Below are positions 1-12,027 of a stretch of DNA of 64,000 bases, in pieces. A model generated the notes under the pieces. It was not told where the DNA came from and did not search any database. It saw nothing but the letters and a program-made list of their open reading frames with translations. A program made the translations under genes and the position numbers. Origin of the DNA: Dendrobates tinctorius (taxonomy: Eukaryota); NCBI RefSeq assembly GCF_039654945.1, contig NW_027361928.1, positions 682,001 through 746,000 of the forward strand. Direction: 5' to 3'. Numbering within the stretch: the first letter of the stretch is position 1; every line of letters begins with the position of its first letter.

Positions 1-13
1 AATTGGGCGGGGG

Positions 14-1672
14 TTGGCAGCTGGTAATGATGGTGTTGGTGGTGGATCTGATGGTAGTGGCAAGAGCAAAATAGGACCGAATGCAGGAGGTGCTGACCCT
101 GCGTCATCGTCTGGCTACATAAGGCCTCGAACGCTTAGTTTTCTAGGAGTTGGCAAACCGCTTTTAAAGCCAGAGCATCAGGAAAAAGTTTTGTCTTACA
201 TTGCTGACTCAGCCTCCAGCTCTATCGCCTCCTCTTCTTCAGTTGTAAAAAGTAAAAGCACTGAGTCGTCATTGGAGGCTCATGTTCATGAACCACACCT
301 TTCCTTGTGTCCTTCACCCCAACCAAGATTGAAGGATGACGCAGGCCATACTACTGATTACTCCATGGAGCTGTTTTCACATACCATGCCTGGATTATCA
401 AGTGAAATGGTGAATTACCCAGGCCAAGATGAATCTGACATGGAGTGCACTGATGCACAGCCGCTGATGGATGATTCTGCTGGTACATTCACTCAGAGCA
501 CTACATTGTCCTCGCAGTGTACAGAGCCAGATTCTGACCCTGATGAGACTCAGGTGCCCCTTCCCGCACACTATACCACCATACACGGTGACACAGAGGA
601 AGGTGCACATGACATAGAAGAGGAGGTGATGGATGACCCAGTTGTTGACCCAGATTGGCATCCATTGGGGGAAGAGGGTGCTGCTTCCAATAGCTCAGAT
701 GAGGAGCATCCACAGCAGACATCGACATCGCAACAGCTGTTATCTGGCAGGCCCGGAGCACTCCAAAGACAGGTTCCAAACATCAAAAGAGTTGCTGGAC
801 AGCTTGTCCAGAGGGTCAAAAGATCACAGCGTGCTAGGCCGCAAAATGTCTGCCAAAGTAGGAAGAGTGCAGTGCGGCACTTTTTTGAACAAAATCCTCA
901 TGATCAGGCCAAGGTTATCTGTAAGAAGTGCGCAAAGACCTTTAGCCGAGGGAAAAATCTGAAAAATTTGAATACCAGTTGCATGCTTAGACATTTAACC
1001 AGCATGCACTTGCAAGCGTGGACACAACACCAAACCTCAAGTGCCACATGTGCAACTGATCACAACGAAGGTAGTCAGCAACGCTACATTGTTTCCCCCA
1101 CTGTAAGCCCACCGGTTAGCACAGCAGCAAATGTTGAGGTGTCGTTGCAAGACCACAGCAGTCAGGGAATCCCACTGTTATATCAACGAAAGACTGATTC
1201 TAGGCCATCAGAAAGAACACCAACTCCATCACCATCATCAACCCTCTCTCAGTCCGCCCTGTCCACCGCTACTTCCACCATATGCAGCTCTCAAGTCCAG
1301 CTCACCCTCCCAGACACTATGAGTAGGTCAAGAAAGTACTCAGTCTCTCATCCGCGTACACTGGGTTTGAACGCCCACATTGCCAAACTAATCTCGTTTG
1401 AGATGATGCCCTTTCGGTTGGTGGAAAGCGTAGCTTTCCGCGAACTCATGGCCTATGCAGTACCACGCTATGACCTACCCAGTCGCCAATTCTTCTCTCG
1501 CAAAGCCATCCCAGCCCTCCACCATCATGTGAAAGACCGCATTGTCCATGCACTCAAGCAGTCAGTGAGCGGAAAGGTGCACCTCACAACTGATGCATGG
1601 TCCAGTCGGCATGGCCAGGGCCGTTACGTGTCCATCACTGCGCACTGGGTTAATGTGGTGGATGCAGGGTCA
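14..1672 (+). pseudogene. hAT transposase, N-terminal half (interrupted by CR1)
   Basis: BED finger (VICKKC...MLRHLTSMH), MMPFRLVES..FRELM, first catalytic Asp in LTTDAW; frame is open to the window edge and stops exactly at the CR1 junction. Confidence 0.88.
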
Positions 1673-2959
1673 TAGAGTTGTAGAGTTGGAACGGACCTCC
1701 TGGGCCATCTGGTCCAACCCCCTGCTCAAAGCAGGATTCGCTAAATCATCCCAGTCAGATGTCTGTCCAGCCTCTGTTTGAAGACTTCCATTGAAGGAGA
1801 ACTCACCACTTCTCGTGGCAGCCTGTTCCACTCATTGATCACTCTAACTGTCAAAAAGTTTTTTCTAATATCTAGTCTGTGTCTCCTCCCATTCAGTTTC
1901 ATCCCATTGCTTCTAGTCTTTCCTTGTGCAAATGAGAATAAAGTTGATCCTTCTACAATGTGACAGCCCTTTAGATATTTGTAGACAGCTATTAAGTCTC
2001 CTCTCAGTCTTCTCTTTTGCAAACTAAACATTCCCAAATCCTGCAACCTTTCCTCATAAGACAGGGTTTGCAGACCGGTCACCATTCTGGTCGCTCTTTT
2101 CTGAACTTGCTCCAGTTTGTTGATGTCTTTTTTAAAATGTGGCGCCCAAAACTGGACACAATATTCCAGATGAGGTCTGACCAAAGAGGAGTAGAGGGAA
2201 TTAATGACTTCACGTGATCTAGACTGTATGCTTCTGTTAATACATCCTAGAATTGCATGTGCCTTTTTTGCTGCTGCATCACACTGTTGACTCATATTCA
2301 GTCTGTGATCTATTAGTATACCCAAGTCTTTTTCACATGTGCTGTCACTTAGGCCTATTTCTCCCATTCTGTATATGCTTTTTTCATTTTTATTGCCCAG
2401 ATGTAGTACTTTGCATTTTTCCCTGTTAAAAACCATTCTGTTAGTTGCTGCCCGCTTCTCCAGTTTATTTAAATCTTTTTGAATCCTCTCTCTCTCTTCT
2501 CTAGTATTAGCTATCCCTCCTAGCTTTGTGTCATCAGCAAATTTAATCAGTTTACCCTCAATTCCTTCATCTAAATCGTTGATAAAGATGTTGAACAATA
2601 CAGGGCCCAGGACAGAGCCCTGTGGTACCCCACTTGAGACATTCTTCCAACTGGATGTGCAGCCATTTACGACCACTCTTTGGGTCCGATCACTAAGCCA
2701 GTTATGAATCCACCTAACAGTTGCCTTGTCCATTCCATACTTAGTCATTTTTTCAATAAGGATTGTATGAGAGACTTTGTCAAATGCTTTGCTGAAGTCA
2801 AGATATACTATATCTACAGCATTTCCTTGATCCACCCAATCAGTGATTCCGTCATAGAAGGAAATTAAATTAGTATGACATGACTTATTAGTTACAAACC
2901 CATGCTGACTCTGTTTAATCACTTCATTCTTATCCAGGTACTGACATACATGTTGTTTA
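1673..2959 (-). mobile_element. 5'-truncated CR1 LINE (RT C-terminal half + 3' end)
   Basis: Minus ORF with [46 protein letters not shown]; 3' end ...tccaactctacaactctatg. Confidence 0.93.
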
Positions 2960-4789
2960 ACAGGGGACAGCGGTGGTGGGACAGTGCTGCCTAGCCCACG
3001 GTATAGGAAACAGTTGGCTGTAGGCGTTCGACCCTCCTCCTCCTCCTCCAGAAGCGACAGCTCGTCCACAGAGCGCAGTCGTACGAGCACTCCATCTGCA
3101 GCTGCCACTGTTGCACACGATGTGTCCCCCTATCGAGCAGCTAGTGGAAAGCGTCAGCAGGCTGTGTTGCAGGTGATGTGTTTGGGCGACAGACACACCG
3201 CCGAGGTGCTGGCCGAGTACTTGAAGCGACAAACTGAGTCATGGCTGGGCAGTGTACATCTTGAGGCAGGCAAGGTAGTTAGTGATAACGGCCGTAATTT
3301 TGTGGCAGCCATAGCCCTTTCAAAACTCAGCCACATACCTTGCTTGGCTCACACCTTGAACCTGGTGGTGCAGTGCTTCCTCAAAAATTATCCGGAGTTA
3401 ACAGCCCTGCTCCAGAAGGTGCGAAGACTGTGCGCGCACATCCGCCGGTCGCCTGTACACTCCGTTCGTATGCAGAAGCTGCAGCGATTGCTCCACCTTC
3501 CCAACCACCGCCTCATTATCGACATTGCAACAAGGTGGAACTCCACCCTGCACATGGTGGAGCGGCTGTGCGAGCAGAGGCAGGCCATAATGCATTTGTG
3601 GGAGGATACACGGCCAGGCACTTTGAGAGCAGACATGGAGTTGACAGGTGTGCAGTGGTCGAAGCTGAAAGACCTTTGCAAAGTCCTTCAGTGTTTTGAG
3701 GAATGCACACGGCTGGTAAGCGCAGACGACGCCATCCTAAGCATGAGCATCCCACTTATGCGTCTGCTGATGCAAACTTTGACGCACCTTAGGGAGCAGG
3801 CGTCTGCAGCCAATGTTGATGAGGAGGAAGAGGAGGAGGGAATCCTTGATGACATTCAGCCATTGTCTGCTCAGGGACCTCTCCTGGACGAGGTGGAGGA
3901 AGAAGAGGAGGAGGAGGATGATGGGGGTGATTACTTAGGGGAGGAGGATGCATCTCGTGGGGCAAGTGAAAATGTTGGCGTGGCAAGGTCTGGTACAGGG
4001 TTTGTGCGTGACTGGAGGGATGTGGATTTGCCAGAAAGTGCTCCTCCACCCAGCACTCGCAGTGCATCATTGACACCGGGAACATTGGCCCACATGTCAG
4101 ATTATGTCTTGCGGATCCTAAAAAGGGACCCCCGCATTGCCAAAATGATGAACGATGACGACTACTGGTTGGCCAGCATCCTGGATCCACGCTATAAAGG
4201 CAAATTCCAAAACATGCCACAGGAGAACCTTGACCTAATATTGGCTAATAAACAAGCAACTCTGGTAAATCGGTTGCTTGAGGCATTCCCAGCACACAGC
4301 AGCGGTGATGGTTCTCACACGAGCCGTACGGGCCGGGGGCAGCTTGGCAGAGGTGTTCGTGGTGCACACAGCAGAAGTGGCGTTGGAGACAGGGGTTTCA
4401 TGACCATGTTGTGGACTGATTTTTCAAGTACCGCTCACACAACTGGTAATACTGCATCGATGGAAAGTGACAGGAGACAGCAGTTGTCAACTATGGTTAC
4501 AAACTACTTTTCCTCCCATATCGATGTTCTCCCGCACAGGTCATTCCCCTTTGACTATTGGGCCGCTAAACTGGACACCTGGCCTGAATTGGCCCAATAT
4601 GCCTTACAGGAGCTCGCTTGCCCAGCTGCAAGTGTGCTATCGGAAAGAGTCTTCAGTGCAGCTGGATCAATCCTGACAGGAAAAAGGACCCGTCTGTCAA
4701 CCCAAAATGTGGATGATCTAACCTTCATTAAAATGAACCACGCATGGGTTTCCAAGGATTTTGTCCCACCTTCCCCTGATGACACATAG
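2960..4789 (+). pseudogene. hAT transposase, C-terminal half
   Basis: VSDNGRN (second Asp), CLAH (CxxH), TRWNS, LDPRYK, SERVFS (catalytic Glu, dimerisation domain). Confidence 0.9.
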
Positions 4790-4986
4790 GGTGACAGAAA
4801 AATGGCTTGCTTTGGTCCACCTCTTCCTGGGACTTCACCTATTTCACCTTTTGCATCAGCTGAATGTCCAACATCAACATATGCCACTTTCTAAAACTCC
4901 CTAACTGTGCTGCCTCCCCCCCATGGCCGGGGTCACCACCTAGCGCACGACACCGTGCGAGTGCCGTTGCCCTGGACAGGTGGGTA

Positions 4987-5130
4987 GGCCGACTCTTGGG
5001 CGCGGGCACTGGCACAGGGTCCCTCATAGTGCAATCAAGTGTCTCTGACGGTGGTGGTGCACACCCGCCGTCAGACACACCGCTGTACTATGAGGGGCCC
5101 AGTGCCAGTACCGACGCCCACGAGTGGGCC
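4987..5130. other. ~144-nt imperfect inverted repeat (hairpin)
   Basis: Paired arms: ggccgactcttgggcg/cgcccacgagtgggcc, actggcacaggg/cccagtgccagt, ccctcatagtgca/tgtactatgaggg, tctgacggtgg/ccgccgtcaga. Confidence 0.85.
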
Positions 5131-5208
5131 CCCCTTGCTTGGGCAGGGCCCCAGCATTTGCAATCTTTACCTCTCCCTGCTCCTCCGCTGTGTAGTCTGG
5201 GCCGTCAA

Positions 5209-5848
5209 ATCCATACTGTGCCTGACACCGTCTGAGCCTGCCTCCTGAGACATATATTTTGAATGTGTATGCTATCCATACATGTTATCCGGGGATACGG
5301 TACCCTTTCTAACCTTTGTGCAATCACGTGCAATCCATACTGGGCCTTACACCGTCTGAGCCTGCCTCCTGATGTATAGACATATATTTTGAATGTGTAC
5401 GCTATCCATACATGTTATCCGGGGATACGGTACCCTTTCTCACCTTTGTGCAATCACGTGCAATCCATACTGGGCCTGACACCGTCTGAGCCTGCCTCCT
5501 GATGTATAGACATATATTTTGAATGTGTACGCTATCCATACATGTTATCCGGGGATACGGTACCCTTTCTAACCTTTGTGCAATCCATACTGGGCCTAAC
5601 ACCGTCTGAGCCTGCCTCCTGATGTATAGACATATATTTTGAATGTGTACGCTATCCATACATGTTATCCGGGGATACGGTACCCTTTCTAACCTTTGTG
5701 CAATCACGTGCAATCCATACTGGGCCTAACACCGTCTGAGCCTGCCTCCTGAGACATATCTTTTGAATGTGTACGCTATCCATACATGTTATCCGGGGAT
5801 ACGGTACCCTTTCTCACCTTTGTGCAATCACGTGTAATCCATACTGGG
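5209..5848. repeat. ~120-130 bp tandem repeat, ~5 copies, inside the hAT
   Basis: Repeated unit ccatactgggcc..acaccgtctgagcctgcctcctga..gttatccggggatacggtaccctttct. Confidence 0.93.
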
Positions 5849-5956
5849 CGTGAGAACGGCTGGCGAGCTGTTAAGCAAGCTACAGCACCTGTGGTTTGCA
5901 CACGTAAGTTTTTCATTTTTTCAGGAATGACGGTTAGGCCTAATTCCGGAACTGCG

Positions 5957-6432
5957 GTTGACCTGCACTTACTGGGAAATCATCGTTCGCGGGTAATAAT
6001 TGTAATCAGTGATCCCCATCACTAACGTTGTTCAGCGGTTTATCTTCACCTATAAGCGACAAACGCTGGCCTTTTCAGAGTAGCGCACATGCAGCCACGG
6101 ACATGTAAGGGCATGACACACCAGTTATTGGCCAATCTCATGTGCCAGAGCCTCACGTGTCCCTCTAGTAAGCCGGACTCGGACCGCGGGGCATGGCGGA
6201 GTCTCGTTCGTTAACGGAATTAAGCTTGCAATGTGTGCATCTGTTCTGTAGCTGGCATGGTTGAGGTTTCCCAGGTGGAGTCGAATTTAACCGTAGGCTC
6301 CACTCCTGGTGGTGCCCTTCTGGACATTCCTTTAAGGTTCAGCTTTGCAACCATACTGCCCACGTAGAACAAACACTTTGCCTTCATGAACGCTGTTTGG
6401 AGGGTCATGACTCATGGGAATAACGCCGCCCA
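5957..6432 (-). pseudogene. Degenerate 18S rRNA fragment (3' half of SSU rRNA)
   Basis: Reverse complement contains cttaaaggaatgtccagaagggcaccaccaggagtggagcct (cf. SSU cttaaaggaattgacggaagggcaccaccaggagtggagcct), aacgaacgagactc, tgcccttacatgtccgtggctgca, cccagtaagtgcaggtca; substitutions and internal deletions. Confidence 0.88.
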
Positions 6433-6540
6433 ATCAGTTAACCTGCTAGAGAGATCCTTCGTTGCTCCCAAGCATGACATCACACTCCCTAGGAGGAAGG
6501 TAATGCCACTGTGGCGACCGTACTCCTGGGGGCGACACAA

Positions 6541-6803
6541 GTGCACTGATGCCCAGCCACTGCTCGATGAATCTGCTGGTACATTGACCCAGACCACTAC
6601 ATTCCCCTCGCACGCTACCCGGCCTGAATCTGACCCTGATGAAACTCAGGTTACCCTTCCCATATACAGTTCCATCTTACATGGTGACAAAGAGGAAGCT
6701 GCAGATGAAAGTGCAGGTTCGGCCCACCCGCCATCAGACACACCACCGTACTATCAGGGGCCCTGTGCCAGTGCTGTCGCCAACGAGTGGGCCCCCCTGC
6801 TTG
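6541..6803 (+). repeat. Diverged internal copies of transposase segment (~445-603) and hairpin right arm (~5060-5140)
   Basis: CTDAQPLLDESAGT...SDPDETQV repeats ORF 14..1675 residues; cacccgccatcagacacacc...gagtgggcccc repeats 5062-5135. Confidence 0.85.
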
Positions 6804-7676
6804 CTCAGGATCACAGCACTTCCAAGGTTGAAATACTGTGCAGTGAGATGGAAGATGGGGATGACGAGGAGTCCAGACTAGTACAGGGATTCCCTAGCGA
6901 GGAGACTTATTTCATTGTTTTCAATGTTGGGACAGCAATTTTTGGGGAGCACTATACTCTGGAGAATGATAGATGGAGCCCACCATACACTGGAACATTC
7001 CAAAGGTGGACATCAGACACTGGAGCAGCATTTACAGGGCCCATTATACACTAGAGCATTAGAAATGGGGCCCATTATGTTTGGAGCATTATTTGGGCCC
7101 ATAAGACAGTGGAGCTTCATCCATGGGGACCAACATATACTGTAGCATTATGTGGAGCTCATCATATACTGTTTCAACCATTATATGGGACCAATGATTC
7201 TGTATGGAGAAATAGATGGGCCTCGTCATGAGATGTAAAAAGTGAAGTATTTTTCATTGTACTATACCGCTATTTCTCTGCCGTATCGGAGCATGATGAG
7301 TTGTGGTATGTGTTAAAGGGGCGCTCTTTCGCCCAGGGCACATGAAAACCTGGAGCCAGCCCTCCCCCCCCCACAACTTTAGCCAAATAACCCCCATTTT
7401 TCAGTGCGTAACTTGTATTATGAAGTTAATTAAGGCTGACAAGCTTAAGTAAGAAGAATTGATGCTTTTGGCATTCAAATGGGCACTGTAGGTGTGTTTC
7501 CTGTCCTCCTCTCACTGCTGACTTTTATTCCCCATTGACTTACATTGGGTTTCGTGTTTCGGGACGACCCCGACTTTTCCCTATAATCGGACGATCTTGC
7601 TCGACCCGACTTTTGGAAAAGTCGGGTTACACGAAACGAAACGCGACCCTAAAAAAACAAAAGTCGCTCAACTCTA

Positions 7677-10050
7677 CATACAAGTACAGTAATCTTAAAC
7701 AATACAAGTCACGACCGGTCCAGGAGGAGAGAGGACCCTGCCCGCGAGGGCTCACAATCTACAGCGGGATGGGTGATAATACAGTAGGCGAGGGTAGAGC
7801 TGGTCATGCAGCGGTTTGGTCGATCGGTGGTTACTGCAGGTTATAGGCTTGTCGGAAGAGGTGGGTCTTCAGGCTCTTTTTGAAGGTTTCGATGGTAGGT
7901 GAGAGTCTGATATGTTGTGGTAGAGAGTTCCAGAGTAGGGGTGATGCGCGGGAGAAATCTTGTATGCGATTGTGGGAAGAGGAGATAAGACGGGAGTAGA
8001 GAAGGAGATCTTGTGAGGATCGGAGGTTGCATGCAGGAAAGTACCGGGAGACGAGGTCATAGATGTACGGAGGACTCAGGTTGTGGATGGCTTTGTATGT
8101 CATGGTTAGGGTTTTGAACTGGAGTCTTTGAGTAATGGGGAGCCAGTGCAGGGGTTGACAGAGGGGAGAGGCCGGGGAATAGCGGGGGGACAGGTGATTA
8201 GTCGGGCAGCAGAGTTAAGAATAGATTGGAGGGGTGCGAGAGTGTTAGAGAGGAGGCCACAGAGCAGGAGGTTGCAGTAGTCAAGGCGGGAGATGATGAG
8301 GGCATGGACTAGGGTTTTTACAGATTTTTGGTTGAGGAATGTACGGATCCGTGAAATATTTTTGAGTTGAAGTCGGCAGGAAGTGGAAAGGGCTTGGATA
8401 TGTGGTTTGAAGGCGAGATCAGTGTCAAGGATAACCCTGAGGCAGCGAGCTTGTGGGACTGGAGAGAGTGGGCAGCTGTTTACTTTAATGGCTAGGTCCG
8501 TTGGGAGGGGTCACGTGAGATGGGGGAAAGATGATTAATTCTGTTTTGTCCATATTAAGTTTTAGAAATCTAGCGGAGAAGAAGGATGAAATAGTGGACA
8601 GACATTGAGGGATTCTGGTTAGCAGGGAGGTGATATCTGGTCCAGAGATGTAGATCTGTGTGTCATCAGCATAGAGGTGATACTGAAAGCCATGAGATTC
8701 TATGAGCTGTCTGAGGCCGAAGGTGTAAACGGAGAAGAGCAGGGGCCCTAGGACTGAACCTTGCGGGACTCCGACAGATAGGGGGCGAGGTGAGGAGGTG
8801 GTGTGTGAGTGGGAGACGCTGAATGTCCGGTCTGTTAGGTATGATGAGATCCAGGAGAGGGCCAAGTCTGTGATGCCAAGAGATGAGAGGGTCTGTAATA
8901 ATAGGGAATGGTCCACTGTGTCAAAGGCAGAGGACAGGTCCAGGAGGAGGAGGACAGAGTAGTGTCGCTTGCTCTTGGCGGTTAAGAGGTCATTGGTGAC
9001 CTTAGTAAGGGCAGTTTCAGTGGAGTGGTGTGACCGGAAGCCAGATTGCAAGTGGTCAAGGAGGGAGCAAGAAGAGAGATGGGAGGACAGTTCAAGATGG
9101 ACGTGTTGTTCCAGTAGCTTGGGGGCGTAGGGGAGAAGTGATATAGGGCCATAGCTAGATACAGAGGATGGGTCAAGAGAGGGCTTTTTGAGGATAGGTG
9201 TGATTGAGACATGTTTAAAGCTTGAGGGGAAAACACCAGTTGTTAGTGATAGGTTGAAGAGATGGGTTAGGGTTGGGATGAAGACTGTGGTGAGGTTTGG
9301 GATGAAGTAGGATGTGATCAGGTCAAGTGCACAGGTGGTGAGATGTGATCTTGAGAGTAGAGTGGAGAGTTGATCTTCTGTAATGGTGGAGAAGTTGGTT
9401 TTGGAGGTGGAGGGCTGGGAAGTCAGGAGGAAGGGGGGTTGTTGACCAAAACTGTCTCTGATGTTATCAATCTTCTGCTTGAAAAATGAGGCAAAGTCTT
9501 CAGCTGAGATGAGTGGGGAGGGAGGAGGTGCTGGGGGACGGAGGAGAGAATTGAAGGTGTTGATTAACTGTTTAGGGTTGTGAGACAGGGAGGATATGAG
9601 CGATGAGAAGTAGGTTTGTTTAGCTGTGGCGAGTGTGGTCTTGAAAGTAGTGAGGGACTGTTTGAATGCGATGAAGTGCTCGTTGGAGTGGGATCTTTTC
9701 CATCTGTGCTCAGCAGCCGTGGAAGCTCGCCTCAGCTCTTTGGTCAGGCTGGTGTGCCAGGGCTGTCTGTTGATTTTGCGAGTTTTGGTATGTGTAAGTG
9801 GGGCAGCAGATTCCAAAGCTACAGCTATTGTGGTGTTATATAGAGCGGCAGCGTCATCCGCATTGTGTAAGGAACTTATATCTGTAAGAGGGAGGAGGGA
9901 GTCAGAGAATGAGTGTAGATCAATAAATAATAATAATAATAATCGAGGTGTTGAAGATTTCTGCGAGGGTGTGTGAGTTTATGAGGTGGGGATTGTAGAC
10001 CTGAGGAGGAGAGGGAAGAGAATGTAAGTAGGTTGTGGTCAGAGAGAGGA
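7677..10050 (-). mobile_element. L2 LINE, 5'-truncated, extreme 3' tail missing here
   Basis: RT ORF 8485..9816 ([27 protein letters not shown]); C-terminal LWNSLP..FKKSLKTHLF; L2 3' UTR motif gaggaccctgcccgcgagggctcacaatct. Confidence 0.92.
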
Positions 10051-10057
10051 AGAGGCC

Positions 10058-11822
10058 GTTATACTGTATGGCGCACTACGTCAGGGCATTATACTGTATG
10101 GAGCACTACGTCAGGGCATTATACTGTATGGAACACTACGTCAGGGCATTATACTGTATGGAGCACTACGTCAGGGCATTATACTGTATGGAGCACTACG
10201 TCAGGGCATTATACTGTATGGAGCACTACGCCAGGGCATTATACTGTATGGAACACTACGTCAGGGCATTATACTGTATGGAGCACTACGTCAGGGCATT
10301 ATACTGTATGGAGCACTACGTCAGGGCATTATACTGTATGGAGCACTACGTCAGGGCATTATACTGTATGGAACACTACGTCAGGGCATTATACTGTATG
10401 GAGCACTACGTCAGGGCATTATACTGTATGGAGCACTACGTCAGGGCATTATACTGTATGGAGCACTACGTCAGGGCATTATACTGTATGGAGCACTACG
10501 TCAGGGCATGATACTGTATGGAGCACTACGTCAGGGCATTATACTGTATGGAGCACTACGTCAGGGCATGATACTGTATGGAACACTACGTCAGGGCATT
10601 ATACTGTATGGAGCACTACGTCAGGGCATTATACTGTATGGAGCACTACGTCAGGGCATGATACTGTATGGAGCACTACGTCAGGGCATTATACTGTATG
10701 GAGCACTACGTCAGGGCATTATACTGTATGGAACACTACGTCAGGGCATGATACTGTATGGAGCACTACGTCAGGGCATTATACTGTATGGAGCACTACG
10801 TCAGGGCATTATACTGTATGGAGCACTACGTCAGGGCATGATACTGTATGGAGCACTACGTCAGGGCATTATACTGTATGGAGCACTACGTCAGGGCATT
10901 ATACTGTATGGAACACTACGTCAGGGCATTATACTGTATGGAGCACTACGTCAGGGCATTATACTGTATGGAGCACTACGTCAGGGCATTATACTGTATG
11001 GAGCACTACGTCAGGGCATTATACTGTATGGAGCACTACGTCAGGGCATTATACTGTATGGAGCACTACGTCAGGGCATGATACTGTATGGAACATGACG
11101 TGGGGCATTATACTGTATGGAGCACTACGTCAGGGCATTATACTGTATGGAGCACTACGTCAGGGCATTATACTGTATGGAACACTACGTCAGGGCATTA
11201 TACTGTATGGAACACTACGTCAGGGCATTATACTGTATGGAGCACTACGTCAGGGCATTATACTGTATGGAGCACTACGTCAGGGCATTATACTTTATGG
11301 AGCACTACGTCAGGGCATTATACTGTATGGAGCACTACGTCAGGGCATTATACTGTATGGAGCACTACGTCAGGGCATGATACTGTATGGAACATGACGT
11401 GGGGCATTATACTGTATGGAGCACTACGTCAGGGCATTATACTGTATGGAGCACTACGTCAGGGCATTATACTGTATGGAACACTACGTCAGGGCATTAT
11501 ACTGTATGGAGCACTACGTCAGGGCATTATACTGTATGGAACACTACGTCAGGGCATTATACTGTATGGAGCACTACGTCAGGGCATGATACTGTATGGA
11601 ACATGACGTGGGGCATTATACTGTATGGAGCACTACGTCAGGGCATTATACTGTAGGGAGCACTACGTCAGGGCATTATACTGTATGGAACACTACGTCA
11701 GGGCATTATACTGTATGGAGCACTACGTCAGGGCATTATACTGTATGGAGCACTACGTCAGGGCATTATACTGTATGGAGCACTACGTCAGGGCATGATA
11801 CTGTATGGAACATGACGTGGGG
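10058..11822. repeat. 30-bp minisatellite, ~59 copies
   Basis: Unit ttatactgtatggagcactacgtcagggca. Confidence 0.97.
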
Positions 11823-12027
11823 CTGTCATACGGAGAACTATATGAGGCAATAATCTGAATTAAGTATAAAGGGCCTGGTCCTTAAAGAGATTGTCCAGTC
11901 AAAACTGATAAGTCTGCAGTCACTCTGTGTGACTACAGACTTGTGAATCACCCCCCCCCTGATTGCATACACTGTGTACTACGGGATCTGCGAATTTTGG
12001 AACTGTGACCAGAGGATATATGGGTTA

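Larger units (their letters stand above)
1..7676 (+). mobile_element. Large hAT (BED-finger) DNA transposon, left end outside window
   Basis: hAT transposase ORF halves; right terminus ...aagtcgctcaactcta (rc TAGAGTTGAGCG, frog hAT-type TIR) ending 7676, preceded by subterminal cccgac/gtcggg motifs and palindrome cgacttttggaaaagtcg. Confidence 0.8.

Noticed and set aside
1669-2970. CR1 insert spliced out as an in-frame GT-AG intron (1302 nt)
   Set aside because: Donor gg|gtcata is very weak and the nearer AG at 2962-2963 is out of frame; no support without RNA data
1741-3108. 455-aa minus-strand ORF as a novel RT gene
   Set aside because: It is the truncated CR1 RT reading by chance into antisense hAT sequence; the first ~50 aa are not CR1
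5957-6432. Functional 18S rRNA gene
   Set aside because: Partial, substituted at universally conserved positions, internally deleted, no ITS or 28S context
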